A stretch of DNA of 61,873 bases, counting the filler. It is 6 parts of 6 records of this genome, joined end to end, with 100 filler letters (N's around TTAATTAATTAA, not from the genome) between each part and the next. Parts side by side here need not be neighbours in the genome. Positions count along the whole stretch, not along the records: positions 33,403 to 40,473 come from SRR31147125_31424; positions 40,574 to 48,117 come from SRR31147125_31435; 4 more parts are not named here. The stretch is one strand, 5' to 3'. Shown piece by piece: positions 37,829 through 48,217 of this stretch. How positions within the stretch are numbered: position 1 is the first letter of the stretch; the number at the start of each line of letters is the position of its first letter. The notes below the pieces were generated by a model. That model saw nothing but the letters and a program-made list of their open reading frames with translations. It ran no database searches and was not told the origin of the DNA. The position numbers and the translations under genes were made by a program.

Positions 37829-40464
37829 TTATTCATATAGTTTAGAGTGGTCTTCTAATAACCCTAAAGCACCTGGATCATCACCATTCAAAGCAACAAG
37901 CCGGAAAGAAGCCTTTCCATAATTATCGATATCCACTATCAAATAGTTATCATCAACACCATTTCCCATACCACTTGCAATAAAATACCGGTTCCCTATC
38001 TCTTCATATACGACACCACTACTCATGCCAACATCACCAGCAATAAAGTATACATTTTGTTTCACATTTTCAAAGAGAGGAAATACTTGCGACCAAAAAT
38101 TGGATTTACCATCTTTTTTGGCCAACTATTGGGTGTCACTCCCGGAAAACGCGGATCGTCTTTTTCAAGCCACATCAGCTGATGTGACAATATAAAAACG
38201 TTGGCGACATCAGGATTTTCATTTATCGCAGACTTTAACAAGTCAATTTGAACCTCATCCAGACTCCAATCTTCTCCGGGTGAAACCAAAACGAACAAAT
38301 TGTTCTCGTAAACGAAAGATTGATACTGTGGGCCTATGTACTTGTCGAACATCGCTCCGCCATCATTTAGACAGTGGTTACCCGGTGCAACATAATAGGG
38401 TTTATCCGTTGTGCTAAGCGATGCAACAAGATTCGAATAACACGCGTCGTTTGCCAACCAGACAGTATCCCCTGTCAAAACCCCAAATTCAATTTGCCCA
38501 TCATTTACAAATTGAGAAAGAGCCTCTCTGAATGGCTCATATACTAAACTCTCTTCCTCTGTGCCTTTTTCGACTGGAGAACCATAAATATGTCCGGCTA
38601 TATAAAACGAAAAATCATTATATTTAAGATCCGATGTGTAATTTTGTCCGTCCATCATCGTTTCGTATATAATCTTGAATTCCGGCAAATCCTGTTCACT
38701 CAATACTCCATCGAAACCAAGTTCATTCCAGTCAATGGTGATGTTATCGGAATAATTGGAAAGCCGCACATTCAAAGGTGCGCCGTCAAAGGTTATTTCT
38801 TTTAAATCAATATTGAAAAAACTATTCTTTTTTATTGCTATAATGAGCTGATTTTGCTCATTGATTTCTGCAAAAAATTCCGTATTATAATTGGTCATCC
38901 CATCCTTTATCTGTGCGTGATGGAGTTCTAAAACACTATCATAATCAAGACTGCTTATAGAATCCCTTGATAGAATATATGAGAAATTTTGAATATTTTC
39001 TTGCTCGTTTTCTATAAAATCATCATAACCCGCTAAAAGTTCTTCTACACTTTGAACGTATAACTCAACAAAATCATTATCCTCAAACAGCAAGGATATA
39101 ATCATGTCCGATTTTTTGGATGCCATCGGAGCCCCTGAAAAGGCTAATTCATCGAATGGAATCGGCTCAAGCTTCGCGGTAAAAGGATTAAAATAATAGC
39201 GCATATTATGCCATGTGTTTCCATGACTGGAATCAAATATGTCTAAAACAGCCAAGTATTTCGCATATAGCTCTAAATCAAAAACTTCAGAAGCAGGTGC
39301 TTCTCCCGTAGTAAAACGGTTTAAGCTGTCCACCGCATAGGACGCATAGCCCGACAGATTTTCATCTTCTAGAGTTTTACCTACAGAAAACACATCCATA
39401 TTCGCATAACTTTGGGAATCATGGCGAGAGTTCTGATAATAAGCCCAGTTTTCCCATAGATAGTCTTCGTTTATTTTGATGATTGGCCCTTCACGCTTCT
39501 GAGAACTTTCAACAACCCTTTTATTAAACGCTTCTTCCAATGCATAGACGCCTTTATATTCGCCATTAATAACAACGTCAACAAAATCGTAACGCAATGA
39601 CACACCGCCCTGATCACCATAATAGCTTTGTATCAGATATTCGCCAATTCCGTTGCGCGATTCGGGTGTTTGAATAGATATTTTATTCATGCCCCAAAAG
39701 CATTCGTTGTTAAGCTTTATTCTAAAAGACCACTTGTCGCCGGCTAAATGATCCGTCCAGTCTCCTTTAAGCCGCACTTCAGCACTATCCTTTTTCCCGT
39801 CAGCATATATGACGGCAGGAACATAATCTGAATCTTCCGCAAGCAAAATACCCAGTTTTAAGGCTTCCTCTCGTTTGTTCTCAATCTTGTCCATGTCCTC
39901 TTCGGCGATGTTGATTTCCATTTTCTTTATTTCAAAATCTACGATATTGCAATCGGTATAGTTATCGAAATCGGGGTCAAGTATTGTAGTTGCGTTTTTT
40001 ACCCAATAATCACCGTCGCCCGACAAAGGCGTTATCTGTATTTTGTTATACCCTTGCCTTACAATGTTGTCAGGTATTAAATAGAGAAATTTTGTATCCT
40101 CAAGATCAACAGTGCTAATGAACATATAGTCGATTTCTTCTTCATTAAAAAAGGTTACTTTATAAACGTCAAATCCACTGAGTTCAACATGTAAATAGTT
40201 GTCATGACAAATGCTCGAAATAACAGATGAAACATAAAAGCCCGTATTTTGCATTTCTATTGTTTCATCTGTATCTGAAATATTTATTGTGGTGTTATGC
40301 CTATACTCTGTCCAAGCTTCTTCAGCATATTCTAATAATTTAATACCTGTAATAAAGCAAATTGCCAGTATTAGAATAACAAATGCAGTTTTCCAAACAA
40401 TCGAAGTCAAATCCTTTGTAAAGTTGGTTTGGCTTCGATTAATTTTATTTACTTCAATCTTCAC
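37829..40464 (-). CDS. CotH-family kinase fused to a calcineurin-like metallophosphoesterase; frameshift at A_AAA_AAG (38113-38119); the start may be truncated
   Basis: RLKGDWTDH, KWSFRI, NGEYKGVYALEE and HNMRYYFNP...LEPIPFD (CotH). AGHIYG, LTGD, PGNH and LSH, then IAGDVG in ORF 37829-38125 (phosphoesterase). Confidence 0.8.
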
Positions 40465-40473
40465 ACTTGTCCC

Positions 40474-40573
40474 NNNNNNNNNNNNNNNNNNNNNNNNNNN
40501 NNNNNNNNNNNNNNNNNTTAATTAATTAANNNNNNNNNNNNNNNNNNNNNNNNNNNNNNNNNNNNNNNNNNNN
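40474..40573. other. Artificial contig linker
   Basis: N44-TTAATTAATTAA-N44. Confidence 0.99.
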
Positions 40574-40574
40574 C

Positions 40575-41087
40575 ATCGGCATTGCCATGGTCAGGGAACT
40601 TGGCCCGCTGATGACGGCCATTGTCCTGGCCGGACGGTCGGCATCCGCTTTTGCCGCAGAGATCGGTACCATGAAAATCAACGAGGAAATCGATGCCCTC
40701 TATGTCATGGGCATGGACCCGGTAAAATTCCTCATCATCCCAAGGGTCATCGCCGCCACCCTGATTACGCCCCTGCTCACGGTATTCGCCAACCTGGTGG
40801 GCATTCTGGGCGGGGCCCTGGTCATCATCTCTTTCGGTTACCCCCTGGTCACCTATTACACCCAGGTGGCGGGATTTGTCTCCTGGCAGGACCTTACCGG
40901 CGGTCTGGTCAAAAGCGTTATCTTCGGCCTGCTCATCGCCGCCACAGGATGCATCCGGGGGTACCAGACCCGCCAGGGCCCGTCCGCCGTGGGAGATGCC
41001 ACCACCCGGGCCGTGGTCTCCTCCATCATACTCATTGCCGTATGCGACGGGATTTTTTCCGTTGTCTATTATTATCTGGGCCTATGA
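40575..41087 (+). CDS. mlaE: MlaE-family ABC permease (5'-truncated)
   Basis: RELGPLMTAIVLAGR, AEIGTMKINEEIDAL and VG.ATTRAVV. Confidence 0.9.
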   Translation: MGIAMVRELGPLMTAIVLAGRSASAFAAEIGTMKINEEIDALYVMGMDPVKFLIIPRVIAATLITPLLTVFANLVGILGGALVIISFGYPLVTYYTQVAGFVSWQDLTGGLVKSVIFGLLIAATGCIRGYQTRQGPSAVGDATTRAVVSSIILIAVCDGIFSVVYYYLGL

Positions 41088-41845
41088 ACGATACCATTAT
41101 CAAAGTCAGGCACCTTTATGCCGGATATGATGACACCCCCATCATGGAAGATATCTCTTTTGATGTGAAAAAGGGTGAAATCTTCATCATCCTGGGGGGA
41201 TCCGGGTGCGGAAAGAGCACGGTGCTCAAGCATATGATCGGGCTGGTCCCCCCCATATCCGGACAGGTCTTTATCCATGAAAAAGAGATGGTTGCAGCCC
41301 GGGGACGGGAAAACAGGCTGCTCCGGTCCATTGGGGTGGCATTTCAGAACGGCGCGCTTTTCGGTTCCATGACCGTATTGGAAAATATCATGCTCCCCCT
41401 CCGGGAATACACCCACCTGCCGTGTGAGGCTGCAGAAGCCGTGGCCAGGGTCAAGCTGAACCTGGTGGGCATGGGACACGGGGCCCATCTGCTGCCCGAC
41501 CAATTGAGCGGGGGGATGAAAAAACGGGCGGCCATTGCCCGGGCCATGGCCCTGGATCCTGCCATCCTTTTTCTGGATGAGCCCTCGGCCGGGCTGGATC
41601 CCCTGACCTCGGCCGAACTGGACCGCCTCATTCTGGATCTGTCCGATACCCTGGATATCACCTTTGTCATTGTCACCCATGAACTGGAAAGCATTTTGGG
41701 CATCGGCCACCGGGCCATCATGCTGGACAAGGGGTCCAAGTCCATTATTGCCCAGGGCAGCCCCAGGGATTTAAAAGCAGACAGATCCAACCCCTATGTC
41801 TATCATTTTTTCAACAGAACCCTTTACACGGGGACGCATCCATGA
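41084..41845 (+). CDS. mlaF: MlaF-family ABC ATP-binding protein
   Basis: GGSGCGKST, FQNGALF, LSGGMKKR and DEPSAGLDP; ATGA overlap with mlaE places the start at 41084. Confidence 0.9.
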   Translation: MNDTIIKVRHLYAGYDDTPIMEDISFDVKKGEIFIILGGSGCGKSTVLKHMIGLVPPISGQVFIHEKEMVAARGRENRLLRSIGVAFQNGALFGSMTVLENIMLPLREYTHLPCEAAEAVARVKLNLVGMGHGAHLLPDQLSGGMKKRAAIARAMALDPAILFLDEPSAGLDPLTSAELDRLILDLSDTLDITFVIVTHELESILGIGHRAIMLDKGSKSIIAQGSPRDLKADRSNPYVYHFFNRTLYTGTHP

Positions 41846-42909
41846 CCCAAAAGCCCCATTTTTTCAAACTCGGCCTTTTTGTAATTCTATCCTTTTGCCT
41901 CATCGCCGCCATGCTCATTGCATTGGGGGCAGGTGAATTTTTTAAAAAAGAGTATCTTGCGGAAACCTGTTTCAACGAATCGGTCCAGGGCCTGGATATC
42001 GGATCCGAAGTCAAATACAAAGGGGTAAAAATCGGTACGGTGAAATCCATCAGCACCCCTGCCAAGGTCTATAATGTCCCGTCCAATTATGTCCTGGTCA
42101 CCTTTTCCCTGTCCGAAAACTGCTATGTGGGCCAGACCGGCAAGGACGCGGGAGAACGGATGAAAAAAGCCATTGCCCAGGGACTCACCGTCTTTCTTTC
42201 CTTTAAGGGGGTCACCGGGGCCGCCTACCTGGAAACCGACTACCAGGGGGAGCCGTCCCCCCTGGAGATCACCTGGGAGCCGGCAACGCTCTATGTCCCG
42301 TCCAAACGCTCCAATATCAGAGAGATCGGGGATACCCTGAACCAGATCATGAACAGCCTTACCCAGATCGATATCCAGTCCATCACCAGGGATCTGGCCG
42401 GGCTGGTCAAGGCCCTGAACCAGAAAGCCCGCGCCCTGGACATGGATGGGATTTCAACCCAGACAACAGCCCTGCTGGAAGAGTTGCGCCAGACCAACGG
42501 AAAAATAAGCCATTTTCTGGGATCGGATCAAATGAAGCAGCTTCTGGCCGATGCTGGCAGCTCTTTTGCCGATTTTAAAACCATGATCCACCAGGCAAAG
42601 GATCCGGTGGGCAAAACCCTGGAAAGCTTCCAGAGCACAGCCTCAAGTGTTTCCCGGATGAGCGGCCGGCTGGAATCCGCCCTGGGCCCGAAACTGACCA
42701 CCATTACCACCCGGATGGATGACACCCTCAAGCACCTGGAATCGGCCTCAAAGATGCTGGAGACCATGGTTCACATCCATTCGGCCGCCATGGGCAGCAC
42801 CATTGAAAACCTTGAATATACCTCGGAAAACCTGAACCAGCTGATCCTGGAACTGAAAAAATACCCGGGACGCATCCTCATGGAAGCCCCCCTGCCACCC
42901 ATACCCTAG
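41842..42909 (+). CDS. MlaD/MCE-domain protein with helical extension
   Basis: N-terminal TM; ESVQGLDIGSEVKYKGVKIGTV; long C-terminal coiled coil. Confidence 0.88.
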   Translation: MTQKPHFFKLGLFVILSFCLIAAMLIALGAGEFFKKEYLAETCFNESVQGLDIGSEVKYKGVKIGTVKSISTPAKVYNVPSNYVLVTFSLSENCYVGQTGKDAGERMKKAIAQGLTVFLSFKGVTGAAYLETDYQGEPSPLEITWEPATLYVPSKRSNIREIGDTLNQIMNSLTQIDIQSITRDLAGLVKALNQKARALDMDGISTQTTALLEELRQTNGKISHFLGSDQMKQLLADAGSSFADFKTMIHQAKDPVGKTLESFQSTASSVSRMSGRLESALGPKLTTITTRMDDTLKHLESASKMLETMVHIHSAAMGSTIENLEYTSENLNQLILELKKYPGRILMEAPLPPIP

Positions 42910-42930
42910 AAGAAATCCGGGAGAAATCCA

Positions 42931-43560
42931 ATGACACCCATTAGGCGATTATTCACCCCTGCATTGGGGGTCATTCTCTTGGCCATGATGCTGGGATCGG
43001 CCTGTAGCGGACTCAAAAACCAATACAATGATAAAAAGCTCTTTAGACTGTCAGCCGCCCCCAAGGCGGCCCGGCCCATGGCCACGGACAGGGGCCAGGG
43101 CCTTGTGGTGTCCAATTTCCAGATCGCCCCTGAATTCACAGATGCCGCCTTTATTTACCGGACCGGAGAAAACAAATTTGCAGCGGATTATTTTCACCAG
43201 TTCATGATTCCCCCGGCCCGGATGATCCGGGAAGTGGTCACGGAAGCCCTTTATGCGTCTCCCCTGTTTTCGCCGGTCTCCCCGGGTTCAGGCATCGTTT
43301 TTCTGATCCGGGGAAAAATCATTGACCTTTACGGCGATCTCAGGGAAGATACCGCTCCCATGGCCGTAGTCACCCTCCGTCTGGCCCTTGACAGGCAGAC
43401 AGACTCCGGAATTGAACCGGTAACGGGCAAAACATATTATATGCGTATCCCCATGGCCGAAACCGGCCCCGACGCATATGCCGCAGGACTGAACCAGGGG
43501 CTGACCCGGATTCTGGATGCTTTTTTCAGGGATCTTGGGGATGCAGGCCTGACACATTAA
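42931..43560 (+). CDS. ABC-type transport auxiliary lipoprotein (PqiC-like)
   Basis: Lipobox GSAC; FIYR...DYFHQF..PPA; follows the MCE gene. Confidence 0.8.
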   Translation: MTPIRRLFTPALGVILLAMMLGSACSGLKNQYNDKKLFRLSAAPKAARPMATDRGQGLVVSNFQIAPEFTDAAFIYRTGENKFAADYFHQFMIPPARMIREVVTEALYASPLFSPVSPGSGIVFLIRGKIIDLYGDLREDTAPMAVVTLRLALDRQTDSGIEPVTGKTYYMRIPMAETGPDAYAAGLNQGLTRILDAFFRDLGDAGLTH

Positions 43561-43578
43561 TGAAAAGAGAGACCTAAG

Positions 43579-44361
43579 ATGAAATTTCGACCCTGTATCG
43601 ACCTGAGACAAGGCAAGGTGGTCCAGATTGTGGGCGCCACCCTCAAAGACCAGGATCCAAACCAGACCCGGGATCAAGACAATATAATCACCAATTTTGA
43701 AAGTTCCGACACCCCGGCCCGGTTCGCCGGAATGTATAAAAAAGACAAACTTTCCGGGGGCCACGTCATCGCCCTGGGGCCGGGAAACACCCAGGCCGCC
43801 CTTTCCGCGCTCAGGGCCTTTCCCGGAGGACTCCAGATGGGGGGCGGGATCACCCCGGAGAATGCAGGGGATTTTCTGGATGCCGGGGCCTCCCATGTCA
43901 TTGTCACCTCCTATGTGTTTTCCAAAGGAAAAATCGACATGGACAAGCTGTCGAACCTGGTGGCCGCCGTGGGAAAGGACCGCCTGGTCCTGGACCTGAG
44001 CTGCCGCTTAAGAAAAGGCCGGTTCTGGATCGTTACGGACCGGTGGCAGAATTTCACAGATGTGGCCGTGGATAAGTCCACCCTGGACCGCCTGGCCGGA
44101 TTCTGTGATGAATTCCTGGTCCACGGGGTGGATGTGGAAGGCAAAATGGCTGGGATCCAGGAAGACCTTGTACGCCTGCTGGGCCGCCACAGCCCCATTC
44201 CGGCCACCTATGCCGGAGGGGTCTCCAGGTTCCCGGATCTGGACCGGGTCAAGGCCCTGGGAAACAACCGGGTGGACCTGACCATCGGGTCGGCCCTGGA
44301 TATTTTCGGCGGCACCATCCCCTACCGTGATGTGGCGGACTGGCACCGGGCAAATGCCTGA
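43579..44361 (+). CDS. hisA: ProFAR isomerase, eukaryote-like (His6 type)
   Basis: [43 protein letters not shown] and [13 protein letters not shown]. Confidence 0.92.
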   Translation: MKFRPCIDLRQGKVVQIVGATLKDQDPNQTRDQDNIITNFESSDTPARFAGMYKKDKLSGGHVIALGPGNTQAALSALRAFPGGLQMGGGITPENAGDFLDAGASHVIVTSYVFSKGKIDMDKLSNLVAAVGKDRLVLDLSCRLRKGRFWIVTDRWQNFTDVAVDKSTLDRLAGFCDEFLVHGVDVEGKMAGIQEDLVRLLGRHSPIPATYAGGVSRFPDLDRVKALGNNRVDLTIGSALDIFGGTIPYRDVADWHRANA

Positions 44362-44381
44362 GCATCCCGTTCAGCAATTCC

Positions 44382-44410
44382 TTGAATTTGTTTAAAAATC
44401 CGGTTATACT
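44382..44410 (+). promoter_or_regulatory. Sigma70-type promoter upstream of the flagellin gene
   Basis: TTGAAT-N17-TATACT, followed by RBS AAGGAGG. Confidence 0.55.
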
Positions 44411-44444
44411 ACTGTGTTAGTAAGGATACAACAAGGAGGGGAGC

Positions 44445-45245
44445 ATGGGATTATCCATCAATAAAAACACCTCGGCATTGATCGGGCTGCGGCAGTCAGC
44501 AAAAGCCAATGAGGCCCTGAAAAAATCCCTTGAACAGATCGCAACGGGCAGGCGGATCAATACGGCTGCCGATGATTCATCGTCAATGACCATTGCGGAC
44601 CGGCTCAAAAGCCGGTCACTGGCCGCCGGCCAGGAAATGGAAAATGCAAATATCAGCCTGGCCATGGCCCAGATTGCAGAAGGTGCCCTGGGCCAGGCCA
44701 ATGATGTGCTTCAGAATATCAGGACCAAAACCGTTGCTGCGGCCTCGGGCCTGCACTCTGCAGACAGCCTGGCCGCCATCCAGTCAGATATAAACGGTTC
44801 TCTGGGCGCTCTCAAGGACCTTGCAGGGACCACCGCCTATAACGGCCAGAACCTGCTGGACGGCAGCTTCAGCACGGAAAGTCTTTCCATCGGGTCTGTG
44901 GACCCCTCAATGCTTGGGTCCGATGAATCCGGGCGCCTCGCAGGGATCAATGTGACGACGGCTGACGGGGCCCAGGCCGCCCTCGGGGTGGTGGACCAGG
45001 CCCTGGACCAGGTCAGCCGGATCCGGTCAGATGTGGGTTCCTCCCAGAACCAGTACACCTCCCAGGTCAACACGCTGTCCACCAGTCAGCTCAACCTCAT
45101 GTCCGCAGAATCCCAGATACGGGATACGGACATGGCCGAGGCATCCATAATGCTGAACAAGGCAGGGCTCCAGAGACGGGCAGCCATCTATGCCATGAAC
45201 CAGGCCGCAAGATCCAGTACCCATCTGGTGGACCTGATCGGATAG
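44445..45245 (+). CDS. Minimal flagellin-family protein (266 aa, D0/D1 only)
   Basis: IATGRRINTAADD, AQIAEGAL, YNGQNLLDG, RSDVGSSQN and AESQIRDTDMA. Confidence 0.88.
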   Translation: MGLSINKNTSALIGLRQSAKANEALKKSLEQIATGRRINTAADDSSSMTIADRLKSRSLAAGQEMENANISLAMAQIAEGALGQANDVLQNIRTKTVAAASGLHSADSLAAIQSDINGSLGALKDLAGTTAYNGQNLLDGSFSTESLSIGSVDPSMLGSDESGRLAGINVTTADGAQAALGVVDQALDQVSRIRSDVGSSQNQYTSQVNTLSTSQLNLMSAESQIRDTDMAEASIMLNKAGLQRRAAIYAMNQAARSSTHLVDLIG

Positions 45246-45375
45246 ACGAACCCGTTTTCGTACGGGAATTTTCCCCCATGCCCGGGCCCTCGCCCCAATA
45301 CAGGGCAAAATCACTGGCCGTCCCCAAGGGTTTCCCCAGGGCACAGACCGGCATCTGTGTCCCGGGATCAGCCCC

Positions 45376-47442
45376 TTAAATCTTAAATTTTCCCACCAGT
45401 TCGGAAAGGGAGCGGGCAAACTGGGTCATCGCATCCGCCTTGGAATTCACCTGGATGCTGTTCTCTGATATCTCCTGGGCTGAAACGTTCACATCAGAGA
45501 TGTCCGAACTCACCTGGGAAGTCGCGGTTGTAAGCTGGGCCATGTTTTCGTTTACGCTCTGAAGCCCGTCCGATGCCTGGGATACATTGCCTGCGATTTC
45601 GCTCGTGGCCGAGGTCTGTTCCTCAATGGCTGTGGCAATGGTAAGTGTGATATCGTTCACATCCTTGATGATTTTTGACACGGTTTCTATCTGGGAAATA
45701 CTATCTTTGGTCCCGTCCTGGATGCCGGATATTTTTTCCCGGATTTCCTGTGTGGCCTTGGCGGTCTGCATGGAAAGCTCTTTTATCTCTCCTGCCACAA
45801 CGGCAAAGCCCTTGCCTGCATCACCCGCCCTGGCAGCCTCTATGGTGGCATTTAAGGCCAAAAGATTGGTCTGTTCGGAAATATCTGAAATGGTGAGGGT
45901 CACCTTACCGATCTCATTGGCTGCCACCCCGAGCTTATTCATCATTTCAGAAGCGTTCTGGGACGTGGTCACGGCATCGCCGGAAATGGCCCTGGATTTT
46001 TCAGAGTTCCGGGCGATCTCATTTATTGTGGACGTCATCTCCTCTGTGGCGGCGGCCACCATGGAGATATTTGTGGACGCCTGTTCCATGGCAGAAGCCA
46101 CAGCTGCGATATTCACATTGGTCTCTTCGGTTGCACCGGCAACTGCGCCGGATTTATCCGATGTCATTTCAGCGCCTGCCGACATTTCCATGGAAATCGT
46201 TGCAAGCTCTTTGGAGGCATTGTCAACAGCAGCGGCATTGGATGCTGTTTCACAAATAATGGCATGAAGTTTTTCCATAAAGGTATTAAACCACCTTGAA
46301 AGTTCGCCGATCTCGTCTTTACTGTCCACACGAAGACGCATGGTCAGATCGCCCTCTCCCTGGGCAATATCCTTTAACCCTTGAACCACCCGGTTTATGG
46401 GGTTGACAATGAGTACTCCGGCAAGGAAAAAAACAATACCGCAGAGGGCCAGAACAGAAACAACCCCCATTAAAATACTGGTGTTCCTAAGCTTTTTTGC
46501 CCCCCCAAGCACCTTGTCCATGGGTACGGTGATGACACAGCTCCATGGGGTTGCGCTGTCTCCCAGAAAAATAGGGGCGCACACGGTCAGGGACTCTCCC
46601 AGGGCAGGAGACTGCCTGAATGCCCTGTGCTCCCTGCCCTCTGTGACGGCCTGAATGATCTCCTCCTCCTTAACAAACACGTTCATATTTTTACCAATGC
46701 CATTGTTATCCAGATTTGCCGCAATGATGCCGCTGTTTGAAATAAGACTGCAAAATCCGGTCTCAAGGGGCTTGATGGTATTAACAAGGTTGGCGCACTC
46801 TTCCATGGAAAGATCCACGCCCACCACCCCCACAGGGCGGTTGTCCATGCGGATGGGAACAACAAAGCTGATCATCATGGTCTCTTTGCCCCCCACTTCA
46901 TAAATGGTGGGGTCCATGATGTAATCCCGGTTATTCGCCATGGGAATATTGAAATAGGAAGATTTTTCTTTATCCGGAGAATTGTAGCTGTCGCATGGTT
47001 CCATTTCAATGGCGCTGCCGGACCTGTACCAATAGGGGACAAATGCGCCGGTTTCATTGTGGGAGTCGGCGCGATGGGTTGATTCCCTGTCCCTGCCGTC
47101 CATATTCTCCCAGACACACCATGCGCCCATAAATTGTTTATTCTCTTTGAGGACATTTTTTAATATAATATTCAACTCATCTCTATCCAAAGGCTTGTCT
47201 GCCTTTTTCAGACCGGAAAATGTAACGGCAAGGTTGCCTGCCACATCAAGGGCGTTGTCCATTTTCCCCCCAATCTCCTCACCATACCTGTATGCCATTT
47301 GTTTGGTGATTAAGATGGCGTCGTTTTTAACACTTTTCGTTGCGCTTACCGTAACAAAGGTGATGGTGACAGCAAAGGACAGAAAAACTATTGAGCAAAA
47401 AGCAATAATCAGTTTGATCTTAAGACTAAAATTTTTGAACAC
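45376..47442 (-). CDS. Methyl-accepting chemotaxis protein (TM-dCache-TM-HAMP-signalling domain)
   Basis: [44 protein letters not shown]...DEIG; GTG start at 47442 behind AAGGAG. Confidence 0.93.
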   Translation of the reverse strand: MFKNFSLKIKLIIAFCSIVFLSFAVTITFVTVSATKSVKNDAILITKQMAYRYGEEIGGKMDNALDVAGNLAVTFSGLKKADKPLDRDELNIILKNVLKENKQFMGAWCVWENMDGRDRESTHRADSHNETGAFVPYWYRSGSAIEMEPCDSYNSPDKEKSSYFNIPMANNRDYIMDPTIYEVGGKETMMISFVVPIRMDNRPVGVVGVDLSMEECANLVNTIKPLETGFCSLISNSGIIAANLDNNGIGKNMNVFVKEEEIIQAVTEGREHRAFRQSPALGESLTVCAPIFLGDSATPWSCVITVPMDKVLGGAKKLRNTSILMGVVSVLALCGIVFFLAGVLIVNPINRVVQGLKDIAQGEGDLTMRLRVDSKDEIGELSRWFNTFMEKLHAIICETASNAAAVDNASKELATISMEMSAGAEMTSDKSGAVAGATEETNVNIAAVASAMEQASTNISMVAAATEEMTSTINEIARNSEKSRAISGDAVTTSQNASEMMNKLGVAANEIGKVTLTISDISEQTNLLALNATIEAARAGDAGKGFAVVAGEIKELSMQTAKATQEIREKISGIQDGTKDSISQIETVSKIIKDVNDITLTIATAIEEQTSATSEIAGNVSQASDGLQSVNENMAQLTTATSQVSSDISDVNVSAQEISENSIQVNSKADAMTQFARSLSELVGKFKI

Positions 47443-47772
47443 AGTACAACTCCTTAAAATAACTAATACAACAAACAAAATATCAGCCGTAAACACTTTT
47501 GGCTGATTAAAATATAATTCCTTATACAAATCAAAGTATCGTAAAGTTGATAGCCATTTAGATCTTGTTCCGACGATTTGTCAAGAAATAAAACCCCGTG
47601 GTATAGGGCCATGGGAAAGAAAGTTTAAAAAAACAGGTATCCGGATTATCCCCAAAGGACGAAACTCATAGACGATCAATGAACGAAACCAACCTGTTAA
47701 ATGATTTCCCCAATGCTGCGAATCCTGATGTTCAAAAATATAAAAATTGTTACCCCAACCGGATATCCGGGC

Positions 47773-48117
47773 CTATACCTGTCCCCGTCTGATGTTCAGT
47801 TTCCGCATCCGGGATGCAAAGGTGGACCGATTGATGCCCGAGGCCTGGGCCGCCCAGGTGATATTCCAATTGTACTTTTTCATCAAGGCCATGACATAGG
47901 CCGCTTCCAGGCCGGGCCAGGTATAGGCTGAAATATCCGTTAAAAACTCATTCTCAGACAGCCCGCCAGGGCCGGGCGTTCCTGGCAGAGTACCCTCCTC
48001 GGAAGGACCGCAGATATGGTCGGGCAGGTTTTCGGGCCGGATGATTTCATCCGGGGTGGTGACCATGAGGTACCGGACCAGATTTTCCAATTCCCTGATA
48101 TTGCCGGGCCAGGAATG
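47773..48117 (-). CDS. C-terminal fragment of a sigma54-dependent (NtrC-type) regulator with Fis HTH
   Basis: Frame open to the contig edge: HSWPGNIRELENL...WNITWAAQASGINRSTF..RMRKL. Confidence 0.88.
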   Translation of the reverse strand, partial: HSWPGNIRELENLVRYLMVTTPDEIIRPENLPDHICGPSEEGTLPGTPGPGGLSENEFLTDISAYTWPGLEAAYVMALMKKYNWNITWAAQASGINRSTFASRMRKLNIRRGQV

Positions 48118-48217
48118 NNNNNNNNNNNNNNNNNNNNNNNNNNNNNNNNNNNNNNNNNNNNTTAATTAATTAANNNNNNNNNNNNNNNNNNNNNNNNNNN
48201 NNNNNNNNNNNNNNNNN
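48118..48217. other. Artificial contig linker
   Basis: N44-TTAATTAATTAA-N44. Confidence 0.99.

Noticed and set aside
47640-47680. GGACGAAAC resembling a hammerhead ribozyme core
   Set aside because: The required CUGANGA element and flanking stems are absent.
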